Of a DNA stretch of 64,000 bases, positions 43,152-57,327 are shown piece by piece. The stretch is from positions 69,130,001 through 69,194,000 of the forward strand of contig OX597830.1 in NCBI GenBank assembly GCA_951406725.2, in the 5' to 3' direction. Under the pieces are notes generated by a model that searched no databases, was not told where the DNA came from, and saw nothing but the letters and a program-made list of their open reading frames with translations. This stretch comes from Octopus vulgaris. Its lineage: Eukaryota. How positions within the stretch are numbered: the stretch's first letter is position 1; each line of letters starts with the position of its first letter. Position numbers and translations under genes: made by a program.

Positions 43152-44724
43152 TCTTTTACTCTTTTACTCTTTTAATTGTTTCAGCCATCCGGCTGAGGCC
43201 ATGCTGGGGCACCGCCCTTGTTGCTATCCTCTCTAAGTCCAGTTTGCCGTGGCTGGCCACTGATCTAAGAGAGAGTTTGTAGCTGCTGCCCTTAGGTTAC
43301 CTTCGTACCTTGCAGTGGGTTCATCTGGGATCCCGGAAAGCAGCTTGTCTAGATGTTTTTTGAAAATGTCCACATCCGCATCATGTAGATCTCTTAGTTT
43401 TCTTGGCAGTTTGTTGAAAAGCTGAGGGCCCCTGAACCCCAGGCTATTACAGTATCTGCTCCTTACCCTGGATGTGGAAGACGGGACCTTTGGCACCACA
43501 CAGTGACGTCCTGTACGGGGATTGGAACACCTCTCAATTCCAAAATTTGGTGCTAGTCCCTCCAGGATTTTCCATATGTATATCACTGCATATCTCTCTC
43601 GTCTTCGTTCCAAGGAGTACAAATTGAGTTCCCTAAGCCTCTCCCAATAGTTCTTTTCTTTCATGGTGGAAATCCTCTTGGTGAAATGTCTTTGGATTGT
43701 CTCAAGCTCTGTGGTTAGTTTGACACTATGCGGTGACCACAGTTGGGAGCAGTAGTCCAGGCGGCTTAGGACAAATGTCCTCCATAGTGTCAACATGGTC
43801 TCGCAGTCTCTTGTCCGGAATGTCCTCAGGATCCAGCCAGTGAGTCGTCTGCACATTGTCGCCACCTTCGCGATGTGTGAAGAAAAAGATGCATCGTCAC
43901 TCATGTCTATCCCCAGGTCCCGTATTGATTTCGATACTGGGATTTCGATCCCTCCTGGACCAGTATAGTTGTGTTGTAATGTATATGTGTTTACAGCTTG
44001 ATATTGTAAGGCTTGAAATTTACCAGCATTAAATTGCATGTTGTTGTCTTCAGCCCATTTGTATATGGCATCCAGATCTTGTTGTAAAAGGTCAGCATCA
44101 GCTAGGTTTTTGATTGCCTGTGATACCTTTGTGTCATCAGCATAGCTAGTGAGGGATGTTGTTTGTGCTACCAAGGGCATGTCAGAGAGCGCCACCAAAA
44201 ACATCAAGGGTCCCAAGACTGTGCCCTGTGGCACCCCGCTTGCTATTGGTGTCTTTCCCGAGAGGGCTCCATTGGCTGCAACCATCTGGCTTCTGTCCTT
44301 CAGGAAGTCATGTATCCACTCACCTACTTTTCCTGTTATGCCGAGTCTGAGTAATTTGTGACATATCACTCCGTGGTCGACTTTGTCAAAGGCCTTCGCA
44401 AAGTCGAGATATACCACATCCACCTGTGAGCGATCCTGTAGTTGTTTCAGTACCCAGTCGTAGTGTTGTAACAGCTGCGTAAGGCAGCTTCTTCCTGGGA
44501 GAAAGCCATGCTGTGTGTCAGTGAGACGGTTAGTTTCTTCGAGGAACGTGATCAGTTTTTTTCTGATGATTCGTTCCATGACCTAACTTATGTGTGACGT
44601 CAGGGAGACTGGCCTGTAGTTTTTGGCCTCTGCTCTACTCCCTCCTTTGTGGATAGGGCATATGGTGCCTTCTTTTAGCGCCCTGGGCAGTTTACCGTTA
44701 GCCAAGGAACCACTGAAGAGCTTC
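43151..44724 (-). mobile_element. 5'-truncated CR1-like LINE with a 448-aa open RT region
   Basis: [38 protein letters not shown]. Upstream NYRPVSLTSH is followed by an in-frame stop. Tail is (TAAAAGAG)n. Confidence 0.93.
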
Positions 44725-44899
44725 TATATATATATATTATATATATATATATATATATTATATATATCTATATATATATATTATATATATATATCTATAT
44801 ATATATATTATATATATATATCCATATATATATATTATATATATATATCTATATATATATATTATATATATATATCTATATATATATATTATATATATA

Positions 44900-45281
44900 T
44901 CTCTCTATATATAAACGGCAGTTTGTCTGTGTGTGTTTCTGTGTGTCTGTTTGGTTGTACCCTCACCCTGACCACTGCTTTCAACCGATTCTGATGAAAC
45001 TTGACACACACATAGTCCAATGTCATAATTCAAAACTAACGCAGCGAAAATTTTGAAAAGTTCCCCCAGTTCTGAAAAAAATCGATAAATTCGACATGGG
45101 GTCTAGAATCAGAAACACAAACCACAGACTGTCTAGTGGACGCAACTCGACCTTTTTTAACTCTCAAAAAAATTTACCATCATTTTTTTCCATTTTTTTG
45201 CTATTTTTTGCTATAACTCTCTAAAAATGCTTTATAGTTATTTCCCTTACAAACCTGAGCAACGCCGGGCGATACTGCTAG
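44900..45281 (+). mobile_element. Non-autonomous Helitron
   Basis: 5' TC, internal GTCTGT-type repeats, subterminal hairpin CCTGAGCAACGCCGGG, 3' CTAG, inserted between A and T. Confidence 0.82.
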
Positions 45282-45284
45282 TAT

Positions 45285-45546
<262 letters not shown>

Positions 45547-45660
45547 TATATACATATATACATATAACATATAAAATATATATATATATATATATATACA
45601 TATATACATATATACATATATACATATATATATACATATATACATATATATATATACACA

Positions 45661-45713
<53 letters not shown>

Positions 45714-45730
45714 TACATACATATATATAC

Positions 45731-47167
<1,437 letters not shown>

Positions 47168-47216
47168 ATACATATACATATATATACATATACATATATA
47201 TATATATATATATATA

Positions 47217-49574
47217 TCTAGAGAAGAAATAGACATTATACTTTTAGCTAGGAAAACCTTTATTGAATTTGAGGGAAAATTATGGACCAGAGCTGATACC
47301 CCTAACTTTTTCGATATTCCTATGGGCTCAAGTGATTCGGCTGAGGTAACCAATTTAGTAGGAGCATATCTACTGAAATGCATTAATAAAGAGATCCCTG
47401 AATTGCAGGGTGGTCTATATAGAGATGATGCTTTGTTTGTTGTAAATACCAATAATAAATCACACATAGAAAGAATTAAAAAGAAGATTAATAGGTTCTT
47501 TAAAGATTTCAACCTTAGCATAACCTATGAACCAAACATTAAAATAGCTAATTTTCTAGATATTACTTTAGACCTTAACTCCAAACTACATTATCCATTT
47601 AGAAAAGAAGGGGAAATCACTAGTTACGTAAATATATTATCTAATCATCCCCCAAATATAATAAATTCCTTAGTTAGAAATATTTCCATAAGAATATCCA
47701 AATTATCATCTAATTCTAATATATTTAACTCACACTCAGGGCATTACAATGAGGCATTATCTAGAGCAGGATATAACCAGAAAATTACTTTTGAAGATAC
47801 GGAAAAACTAGGAACTCATCATAATAATTTAAGTAAATTAAACAGCAATAACCACAAAAATAACAAAAATGATCAAGTCGAAAAGATACATAGATGTGGA
47901 TCTAATATAACATCTAATCGTAATGATAAGTATAAGGATAAATACATAGACCATAATACAGATAGCCCTGATAAGGCAACCTTAAATAAAATTAAAATTA
48001 AGAAACACACTATTAGTAACATAGACAACAACAATGACCATACCAGAAAGGATAGTAGAAATAGATTTACAACGGCAAAGTACCCTAATGATATTAAGAA
48101 TATTAATAAAAACATAACAGAGAATACTTATAATAAGGGTAAAATAAACTTGGATAAAACTAGCAAAAATGCTAACAGGAACATTAATAAATACAAAGAA
48201 TCTGATGATGGGACGATTAATTCTAATAACCTTAACTCTAGTGGGAAAAATTCTAGCAGCCCTAACTCTAATTCTAAGAAATTTAATAAGAAAGACATAA
48301 TATGGCTAAACATCCCTTTTAACTGTGCGGTTTCATCAGATATTCAGGGTAGATTCAAAACAATTCTAGAAAATAATTTCCCATCCTCTCATAGATATCA
48401 TAAAATTATTTCTAAAAAAACAGTCAGAATTTCTTATTCAACTCTCCCAAATATGTCCACTTTAATAGCTAAGATCAATAATAATAACATAAAACTAGCC
48501 AGAAATAATTTAATAAATAAAAATAAAAATACAACGGAAAATTGTAATAACAGTACGAAAAGTAATAATTGCAACAATAATAATAATAATAACAATAATG
48601 AATGTCATAAAATAAATATAACCAAAAGCCATAGAATTGTTAATAACAATAATAACATAAATAGGAATGATTATGTTAGTAATAGGAATAATACCATGAA
48701 TGTAAGTACAGTGAATGAGAGTAATAACATTATCAGCAACAACACTACACATCTGGATAACAATATCGACAACAATACTAATAGCATCAACAATATCAGC
48801 AATGATAGTAGAGTTATAGAACCTAACGATAGTGTAGGAATACCGACAAATGATAATACTACTTTAGAAGATAACATCATCTGCAATAATGATAACATTA
48901 TTTTAGATAGCAGCACCAATAATAATAATAATAATGAAAGTAGAGCTTTAGAACCAAATGAAAATGTAAGAATACCTATAATTGATAATACTGTTTTAGA
49001 TAATAATATTAACTACAATAATGATAGAGTTTTTTTAGATAATAACAATAATCAAAATCATGATAAATTTACCCGCTCTGCTTCGAGCAACAGTAATATA
49101 AAACTTCTATCCTCAAAGTATTCCACCTCTAATTATAATGCCCCTAGATTTAACTGCAGCATTAAATCAAAATGCCCGGCCCCTGATTTATGCGGGTTAA
49201 TTAACATAATCTATAAGTGCTCCGTAACCACAGATAATAATAAGTTCTCTTATGTTGGATGCACTGTAAATTTTAAACAGAGATTGAATAATCATCTCTC
49301 ATCTTTTAAATTACGTCATAAGGCGGATAGCACTACTCTTTCTAGTAAAATTTGGGAACTAAAAAACAATAATATCAAATATAACCTTAATTGGGAATTA
49401 GTCAGAAGAGCAAAACCCTATAAAAATAGCAGAGTAGGCTGCCAACTTTGCTCCATGGAAGCATTCGAAATACTAATGTATAAAAATAATGGAGAAATTC
49501 AATTAAACAGCAGAATTGAACTTGGACAATCTTGTATACATGCTCTGTTTAAGACTCTTAAATATTTTAAATGA
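47217..49574 (+). CDS. PLE RT C-terminal half, Asn-rich linkers and GIY-YIG endonuclease (open frame, N-terminally truncated)
   Basis: [61 protein letters not shown]...CIH. The frame is open from TCT at 47217. Confidence 0.88.
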   Translation, partial: SREEIDIILLARKTFIEFEGKLWTRADTPNFFDIPMGSSDSAEVTNLVGAYLLKCINKEIPELQGGLYRDDALFVVNTNNKSHIERIKKKINRFFKDFNLSITYEPNIKIANFLDITLDLNSKLHYPFRKEGEITSYVNILSNHPPNIINSLVRNISIRISKLSSNSNIFNSHSGHYNEALSRAGYNQKITFEDTEKLGTHHNNLSKLNSNNHKNNKNDQVEKIHRCGSNITSNRNDKYKDKYIDHNTDSPDKATLNKIKIKKHTISNIDNNNDHTRKDSRNRFTTAKYPNDIKNINKNITENTYNKGKINLDKTSKNANRNINKYKESDDGTINSNNLNSSGKNSSSPNSNSKKFNKKDIIWLNIPFNCAVSSDIQGRFKTILENNFPSSHRYHKIISKKTVRISYSTLPNMSTLIAKINNNNIKLARNNLINKNKNTTENCNNSTKSNNCNNNNNNNNNECHKINITKSHRIVNNNNNINRNDYVSNRNNTMNVSTVNESNNIISNNTTHLDNNIDNNTNSINNISNDSRVIEPNDSVGIPTNDNTTLEDNIICNNDNIILDSSTNNNNNNESRALEPNENVRIPIIDNTVLDNNINYNNDRVFLDNNNNQNHDKFTRSASSNSNIKLLSSKYSTSNYNAPRFNCSIKSKCPAPDLCGLINIIYKCSVTTDNNKFSYVGCTVNFKQRLNNHLSSFKLRHKADSTTLSSKIWELKNNNIKYNLNWELVRRAKPYKNSRVGCQLCSMEAFEILMYKNNGEIQLNSRIELGQSCIHALFKTLKYFK

Positions 49575-50850
49575 TATTTTAAATCATATCTCAATTGATA
49601 ACTGTATACTGGAATCATTTTACATACAATTCATTTTGACTTACATATCACTCCTACATAGTATATTATATATTTAACTAGAAAGATAAGTTCTAACTAG
49701 CTATGATTATAATTTTTCTCTCTCTGATGGTACTATTTAATACTTATTGACTTAAATTATTTATTTGATTTATTTCTATTGGACCATATTATTAATAAAT
49801 TTTATCTCCATTTCTTAGTCTATTTTTTATCCCATTACTAATATTAGTTAGTTAATTTTCTTAATTTCTTTTAAACTTTTAAAATTAATTTCTGCTAATA
49901 CCAGACCTATCGTAGTGTATTGTGATGTGATATAATTTATCAAAATAATATAATATAGTGTAGTGTATTATAGTTTAGTATAATAATAATATAATTGTTT
50001 AATTTCATTTAATATTTTCATTTAATAACTTTATGTATGTATTATAGTTTAGTATAATAATAATATAATAGTTTAATTTCATTTAAAAACAACCCCATTT
50101 TTCTTTCCTTTCTAATGACCTCTTTGTAACCTGACAATCTATTAATAGTAACATTTATAAATAAAGAAATAAATTGTTGACCTCAGTTCGAATATGTTCC
50201 AAACAAACTTAGACGTTTTTGTTAGTATCAAATTGTGCCCATCCCCTTAGCTTCCCCTTTCCTTTCTCTTTGACAGCTTAAATAGCAGTAACTGATTAAA
50301 TTCCTACCCCCTTCCTCCTCTTTCTGTTGATTCTTGAATATTTCATTAACTACCTGAACCACTACAATATAAGGCTGTCATTTTTGCTTCTCATTCGGAC
50401 TCCCTGATATTTTCGCATGATTGTACCCTTAATCCCTCCACAAAACTGGATTACGAACTATAAGGACATACACAAATTTTGTAAGTTCAAGACTTTTTCA
50501 TCAGATCTCAAAAAAATCGAACTTATCTGCGATTCTTGTTAATTTCAATAACAATCTGTTCCTCTACACGACATGACAGTCACTATGTTTTTACTCAGAC
50601 TTTCCTCTACATGATGTGGCAGTCACTTTGCCTCTTACTCGGATTTTCAGAAATTTTGCATGACTGTATCCGAAAATTTCTTCATACAACTTGATCAAAT
50701 ATTCAATATGAGCTATATGTAGACATGCATAAATTCTATAGGTTTAAAACCTTTCATCAGATCTCCATGAATCGAACTTTCTTCAATGCAGTTAATCCTA
50801 CAACCTCTTTTGTATCTACCCCTTTTGATGTTTGGGAATTCTCTGATATT

Positions 50851-50940
50851 TTTTCGTCTGATGAGTACGAGCCATCTGTATTCACTGCATTTTTTGTAGC
50901 TTATTAAAGATGTCCTCGTACGAAACGATCTTACCGAGAT
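50851..50940 (+). ncRNA. Hammerhead ribozyme motif in the PLE 3' end
   Basis: CTGATGA at 50858, perfect 7-bp stem II GTACGAG/CTCGTAC, GAAA at 50922, then CGATC-TTA. Confidence 0.65.
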
Positions 50941-50970
50941 TTTAATCCATTCTTGTTGCTTTTTTCCTAC

Positions 50971-51070
<100 letters not shown>

Positions 51071-51266
51071 TACAAAATTAGAGAATGGAGAAACATACTT
51101 AAATCAATAAAACATCAACTATCCGATGATACTCAATCCATACTTTAATACACCATTACATAGGAGTAAAGGCAATATATAAAATGAAATGAGATATACA
51201 GTAATAGTAAAAGTAAAAAGATACATAGATATAAGTAAAAAATTACAAATACAATATGCAAATGAA

Positions 51267-51386
51267 TCAAAACTGACAGCTGTTTCGGCAGTGAGGACAG
51301 TCATACCTCATTTAACCTATAAGCCATAAAGGCAGGTATAAATGAGGCATTAACAAAGATGCCCCACGGCCTCTTCAGAGAATTAA
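51267..51386 (-). ncRNA. Hammerhead ribozyme (3' pseudo-LTR)
   Basis: Minus strand: CTGAAGA-GGC...GCC-GAAA-CAGCTG-TC. Confidence 0.75.
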
Positions 51387-51722
51387 ATTAAATTTGTTAT
51401 AATAGTGAAAAATATTATATAATCATATACATATAAATATAAAAATATAAAAAAGTAAAATATAAAAACTTATACATCATAATGCTACACTTGTATAATA
51501 TAATACACATTTGTACAAAAAGGAAGGTAACCAGAACAAAATAAAACAAAATATATAACAGTGTATATATAATATTAATAAGTACCGATATCATACATAT
51601 TTAGCTAATAGTTTTTTTTATAAAAAAAAGGGCTAACCCATATGGAGATGAAAAATAATAATAATTAAATCCGTGGTACAGTTCATAAAATTCTAAAGCT
51701 ATAAAAGTTAATAAAAATTACT

Positions 51723-51756
<34 letters not shown>

Positions 51757-53484
51757 GTAATAATAATAAAAAATAATAAAAATAGATACAGTTAAGTTAT
51801 CACCAAGTCCATCCTTCCAAGATCGAAATAACTATGAGTTAAGAAATGCTGACCACTAGGTAAAGAAAATTTAGATTAATTCGATTGGCTATTGGTTTGA
51901 AATTTAAATCACAAAAGGAAATTATACGGTTGGTTAGTCAGGGAACGCCAATATTCACACACGCATCTACAGATCAATCGCACATACACACATAGTTATA
52001 TGTATATACATACACTTGTACATATACATAATCATAAGCAACAACTAACACTTAGATAAACAAATAGGGAAGCAACCATGCTAACACTAAGTCCTTCAAA
52101 ATTATAACTGAGCCTCAATAACAAAAAAAGAACCATCCATGCATTCTATAAATATTTAATTAAGATATAAATGTATTTTTAAATATCAGTATGTTACTAA
52201 TTCAGATAATTATTTCATGGGTAACTTAAAATTTATAACACCGGTTTGTTGCAGAGTAAACATACGGTTGTTAGGTTTATCGTAAGTTTGTTATGATTTA
52301 AAGTACGCTAAATTATAAAATATAAAATATAAAATATATTAATTTAGATATTATAAATAAGTCACTTATTAACTTAATAAATATAGTGCCAAAATATACC
52401 AGTTTAGGCAATAAAAAATAGAGGGGGAAGTATTAATGTAAACGCTTATGAGAACATCACAGAAATTTTAAATAAATTTTATATTATAAAGACTTAAGAT
52501 GAAAAGAGATAAAATAAATAAAAAGGAATAAATACGAAGGAATAAATACGGTTATACACATAATTATAAGTACAAACTAGTATATATGTATTCATATATT
52601 ATTAAAATTAAATAAAAATAAATGATAGATATGTATGTATAAAACCACACCAGTATAAGTAAATAAGTAAAGAATAAATAGGTAACAAATTAAATGACTT
52701 GATATGTATGTAAACATCCACACTTAAATAGGCAAATAAATAAATAAATAGAAGACTAGATGCAAATATTGATAATATTACAATAAAATGGGAAATAAAT
52801 AAAAATAAATAAAGTGAATATATATATTTTATATTGTTGAAAGTAAATATGTATGGAAGGATAGTTTAAAGTACAGATCCAGAGGACTATAGATATAAAC
52901 TAAATATATGAGGCTGGTAACAATTATAAAGCAAAATGCATGTAAATGAGAAAATGAAAAAAATGAAAAAGGTTTATCAGTGAATAGCATAAGATACAAA
53001 TTAAGGTGAGTACAAAAAGACCAAATATATAATAAAAACCTTCCAAATCAGCACATACAAAAAACCCATAATCTCAACCTAAACCCACCAAACTCACAAA
53101 AGGCTCTCATATATTACATATTATACAATATCATTACATTATCCAGAGCTAGGTATCTAACCAAGATATACATATATACTTTGCAATATACTATGCAATA
53201 TTGGAAAACTTCAAAAATCACACATTACAAGGCAAATACCAAAATGAATATGTTATTTTATGTCATATTGCATTTCTCTTAAAAAAAACAAACAAAAACC
53301 CACATACAAAAACCAAGAAACCAATAATACTAGACACATCGAATTAGTTATTATACAAATGTAGCTATAAAAATTATAGAATTATGAAATTTATAAATTG
53401 TATACTTTAGAATTATAGAAGACCACAGGTATATTTAGTTAAAGAAGGGAATTAAAAAATTGATAATAGTGGAAGTGCTAAGTT

Positions 53485-54813
53485 CTATTTGAATCTAGAA
53501 AAGGTGAACGGTAGCCTATGAATACAAAAGAAGTTTTTCTCATTAATGTTGTTAATAATTTGCCGACCCGCTTTAATAATGAAGAAAATTTCATTAATAC
53601 ATAGAGAGCATTTTTTATTTTTTCCATTATACACAGGTGCTGAAGTTAGTATTTTCCAGTTTAATCTAAAATCCAAGTTCTTACTTTTAAGTTCCCAAAT
53701 ATATGCACTTAGCCCTGTAGAGTACATTCTATTTTTATTCCTAAAAGTATATCTATGATAATTCCATCTTTGTTTTATGCTATTCATAGTTGCCCCGATA
53801 TACACTCTACTACTCAATTGTGTATCTACAGTGCATTGGTAAACTACCTCCTTCCTGAGGCATTGATTACCAAATACACATTTATTTTTATTTCTGCAAT
53901 TACAAAGATTAACAGAATGAGGAAATCTAAGATTGGACACCACCCCTATACTACTATTCACATTATAAGTGTTACAATTGTTATCATCATCCAAACCCAA
54001 AATCAACGAATGAGTTAATTCCACATTATCGGCTATATTCCTATCACTAGTACTAGTATTGGTAGTAGTGGTATGATCTATTACATTTATATTATCTCTG
54101 ACAGGTATGGTGCACTCATTATTAGTAAGGAGGTTGCTCACATTTGTTCCAAGAAAATTTCTATTCCTATTATTAATGAAGAGGGGCAAGTTTTCCTGGT
54201 CTAAATTCAATTTTCTATCCTTATAGAAGTGATCCAGTTTCTTGTTATTAAAAGAGGAGATGATGGTGGCTAGATTATGAGTAATGCTATATCCCACTCT
54301 AACAGTACCGTTGTTAATTAAAGGACTAAATTTATTCCTATCCTTACCAAAATGCCTAAAAATAATATTATGCAAAGCTCTCACTATGTTTGTTTTAATC
54401 TGCATTGCATACGGGATAATCAACCAAAGAGTATCCTTATCAGAATTAGGATTGCCTATAGAATTAATGTTATTTGTAAAAATCCTATTCGTAGACCAAC
54501 TCATAGGATTACTATTCTTACCACTGTCATTGTTATATCTATCTATATCAATATTACCATGGTTATTGCGCAAGTAAACTTTACCATTATCATGTCTACC
54601 ATAAGTTTTAATTCGTATATTATTATTAATATTACTACTACTACTCGTATGTTTAGATCTATTTGAGCTACCGTTCACCTTTCCAAGGTTAACGTCACTT
54701 CTACATTTATTATAGGTGTTATCATATATTCTGTTTTTACTATTCTTATGTATATTGTTGATTATCCTAAATCTATTTGTGTTGTTCTTGATAGTTCTAC
54801 CTCCATTAGGGGG
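53485..54813 (-). CDS. PLE C-terminal part: Asn-rich linker, CxC motif and GIY-YIG endonuclease
   Basis: CNCRNKNKC, VVYQC..VYIG, RWNYHRYTF, CSLCINE, CIH. The frame is open up to ~54819, beyond the tracked GTG. Confidence 0.85.
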   Translation of the reverse strand, partial: PPNGGRTIKNNTNRFRIINNIHKNSKNRIYDNTYNKCRSDVNLGKVNGSSNRSKHTSSSSNINNNIRIKTYGRHDNGKVYLRNNHGNIDIDRYNNDSGKNSNPMSWSTNRIFTNNINSIGNPNSDKDTLWLIIPYAMQIKTNIVRALHNIIFRHFGKDRNKFSPLINNGTVRVGYSITHNLATIISSFNNKKLDHFYKDRKLNLDQENLPLFINNRNRNFLGTNVSNLLTNNECTIPVRDNINVIDHTTTTNTSTSDRNIADNVELTHSLILGLDDDNNCNTYNVNSSIGVVSNLRFPHSVNLCNCRNKNKCVFGNQCLRKEVVYQCTVDTQLSSRVYIGATMNSIKQRWNYHRYTFRNKNRMYSTGLSAYIWELKSKNLDFRLNWKILTSAPVYNGKNKKCSLCINEIFFIIKAGRQIINNINEKNFFCIHRLPFTFSRFK

Positions 54814-56327
54814 TTCCCCTTAGGTATAAACCAAATCTTACTTTTATATCCTGCCTTAAGTAATGCTGCATTGTATCTATCACAGTGTTTGTTAAAAATT
54901 TCCTCGTTTGAGGATAAACTAGAAATTCTTTGACTAATGCTACGCACTAGTGCATTTTTAATTTGAGGGGGGTGATTACTAGAACGGTTAATGTATATTA
55001 GGTTAGAATTAGGTTTAATATAGGGTTCATGTAAACCATTAGTAATGTTACAATTAACATCTAAATAATTAGCAGAATAATTTTCACTTTCAATGATAAT
55101 GGATAGGCCGAAGCTTTTAAAAAATTTGTTTATTCTTTTTTTCAGAAGATCTAATCTCCTATTTGATGTATTCCTAACACAAAATAAGGCGTCATCCCTG
55201 TATAATCCGCCTTTTAATTCAGGGAATTCCCTACTAAAGTTATCTAATAGATACATCCCAACTAGATCAGTCACCTCCGCTGAGTCCGGCGATCCCATTG
55301 TGATATCGAACAAGTTGGGTGTGTCCTTTCTAGCCCAAAGTTTATTATCAAACTCTATTAAAGTTTTCCTGGCTGTTAGTATAACCTTAATCTCCCCCAT
55401 ACTTAATTTAGTGTGTTTTCTAGCAAAAATTAAGGACTTATTTAATATAATAGGGTTAATTGAAGTGTAATAATTCTGTATATCGAATTGTATAAATTTA
55501 TTTCTATTATAGCTAAAGTTGTTACTGTCACAGACCTTAATGGCAGAAAACCAATCCAAAGCACCCTGAGTATTCTTCCAAAGGTTTAGTTTGATTTTAT
55601 TGCGGATGGTGGGTAGATATTTATCTAGAATGAGTTTACTTAGTCTGCCTAAGTCAGATTTAGTGGGGCAAATTAATCTGACCTGTGTGTTTCCAAGAAA
55701 ATTCTCTTTATGATCCTTTAGTGTAATTCTCGGTCTGGATGGTGTGTAGGGTTCCGTTTTTTCTTCTAGGTAGTAGTCAAATATGATTTCTCTGATCTCC
55801 AGGTTCAGCTTTCTAAGTGTACTAGAAGGTACTACTTTGTATTTCTTGGTTATTTCCTTGTGTAGAAGATCATGATATGTAGTAATGTCAATGTTGTAGA
55901 TGTTGTTAGTTTTGTCAGAATGTGTTAGAATGCCGCTCTTACCTTTGAGAGTTCTAATTAAGTCTTTCAATTCTCTTTGGTGCGGGTTATATCTTAAAGG
56001 ATGATTTCTAAATTTTATGTTTTTTACAGTCTCCCATAGTTCTTGTTCAAAATTGTCTAGATGTATATTTGGTGGAGGAGACTTTCTAGATTTAAATGTA
56101 GTGCTTGTTAGTTTTAATATTTCTTCATAGGTGCTTCCAATTCCATTACGGATCGTTTCTCCAGTGTGTTGTTGGTTTATTTTATTATTATAGTTCTCAT
56201 GGTGGAAAATCCTCCATCTGATCCTATGGATGAATTCATTCATTCTATAAATTAGTTCTTTAGTGTAATGGTCTTTGGTAGGGATAGGTACATCCTTCAT
56301 TGATGAATTGATCAGTATTTTCTCCAT
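54762..56327 (-). CDS. PLE reverse transcriptase (N-terminal part)
   Basis: SMKDVPIP, SDKTNN, ITLKDHK, RLICPTKSDLG, QFDIQNYYTSI, MGSPDSAEV, LYRDDAL, NYLDV, SNHPP. First ATG at 56327. Confidence 0.9.
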   Translation of the reverse strand: MEKILINSSMKDVPIPTKDHYTKELIYRMNEFIHRIRWRIFHHENYNNKINQQHTGETIRNGIGSTYEEILKLTSTTFKSRKSPPPNIHLDNFEQELWETVKNIKFRNHPLRYNPHQRELKDLIRTLKGKSGILTHSDKTNNIYNIDITTYHDLLHKEITKKYKVVPSSTLRKLNLEIREIIFDYYLEEKTEPYTPSRPRITLKDHKENFLGNTQVRLICPTKSDLGRLSKLILDKYLPTIRNKIKLNLWKNTQGALDWFSAIKVCDSNNFSYNRNKFIQFDIQNYYTSINPIILNKSLIFARKHTKLSMGEIKVILTARKTLIEFDNKLWARKDTPNLFDITMGSPDSAEVTDLVGMYLLDNFSREFPELKGGLYRDDALFCVRNTSNRRLDLLKKRINKFFKSFGLSIIIESENYSANYLDVNCNITNGLHEPYIKPNSNLIYINRSSNHPPQIKNALVRSISQRISSLSSNEEIFNKHCDRYNAALLKAGYKSKIWFIPKGNPLMEVELSRTTQIDLG

Positions 56328-56837
56328 TCTTCTAGCAGTAATGATCAAAGGAACAAATATACTACACTAGGGTGTATTCACATGCACTATTAATATTTAA
56401 ATCAACAAATGGATGCTTATATTACACCAGTATGAGCAATTCAGGTTCCTCAAAAGATAAATTTAGGTTATAAAATGAGATAGGGGTTGAAAATTCAACC
56501 CACCATGGGATAATATATATCCAATATACTGCTAGATAGGTACCCAACAAAATTAATACATAGATGTTAGAAATTGTCAAGCAATCAGTTCATCTATTGT
56601 ATTAAATGGGTAAGGGTAATAATATTACCGTAAATTAATACTACAAAATTAGAGAATGGAGAAACATACTTAAATCAATAAAACATCAACTATCCGATGA
56701 TACTCAATCCATACTTTAATACACCATTACATAGGAGTAAAGGCAATATATAAAATGAAATGAGATATACAGTAATAGTAAAAGTAAAAAGATACATAGA
56801 TATAAGTAAAAAATTACAAATACAATATGCAAATGAA

Positions 56838-56957
56838 TCAAAACTGACAGCTGTTTCGGCAGTGAGGACAGTCATACCTCATTTAACCTATAAGCCATAA
56901 AGGCAGGTATAAATGAGGCATTAACAAAGATGCCCCACGGCCTCTTCAGAGAATTAA
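56838..56957 (-). ncRNA. Hammerhead ribozyme (5' pseudo-LTR)
   Basis: Same sequence as 51267-51386. Confidence 0.75.
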
Positions 56958-57293
56958 ATTAAATTTGTTATAATAGTGAAAAATATTATATAATCATATA
57001 CATATAAATATAAAAATATAAAAAAGTAAAATATAAAAACTTATACATCATAATGCTACACTTGTATAATATAATACACATTTGTACAAAAAGGAAGGTA
57101 ACCAGAACAAAATAAAACAAAATATATAACAGTGTATATATAATATTAATAAGTACCGATATCATACATATTTAGCTAATAGTTTTTTTTATAAAAAAAA
57201 GGGCTAACCCATATGGAGATGAAAAATAATAATAATTAAATCCGTGGTACAGTTCATAAAATTCTAAAGCTATAAAAGTTAATAAAAATTACT

Positions 57294-57327
<34 letters not shown>

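Larger units (their letters stand above)
47217..50970 (+). mobile_element. 5'-truncated Penelope-like element (Hydra-clade-like)
   Basis: RT plus GIY-YIG ORF, 1.4-kb AT-rich 3' region, hammerhead motif near the 3' end, (TA)n on both sides. Confidence 0.88.

Noticed and set aside
51119-51304. 61-aa ORF repeated three times (51119, 56690, 59087)
   Set aside because: Lies in the pseudo-LTR over the ribozyme; repetition is explained by the LTR copies.
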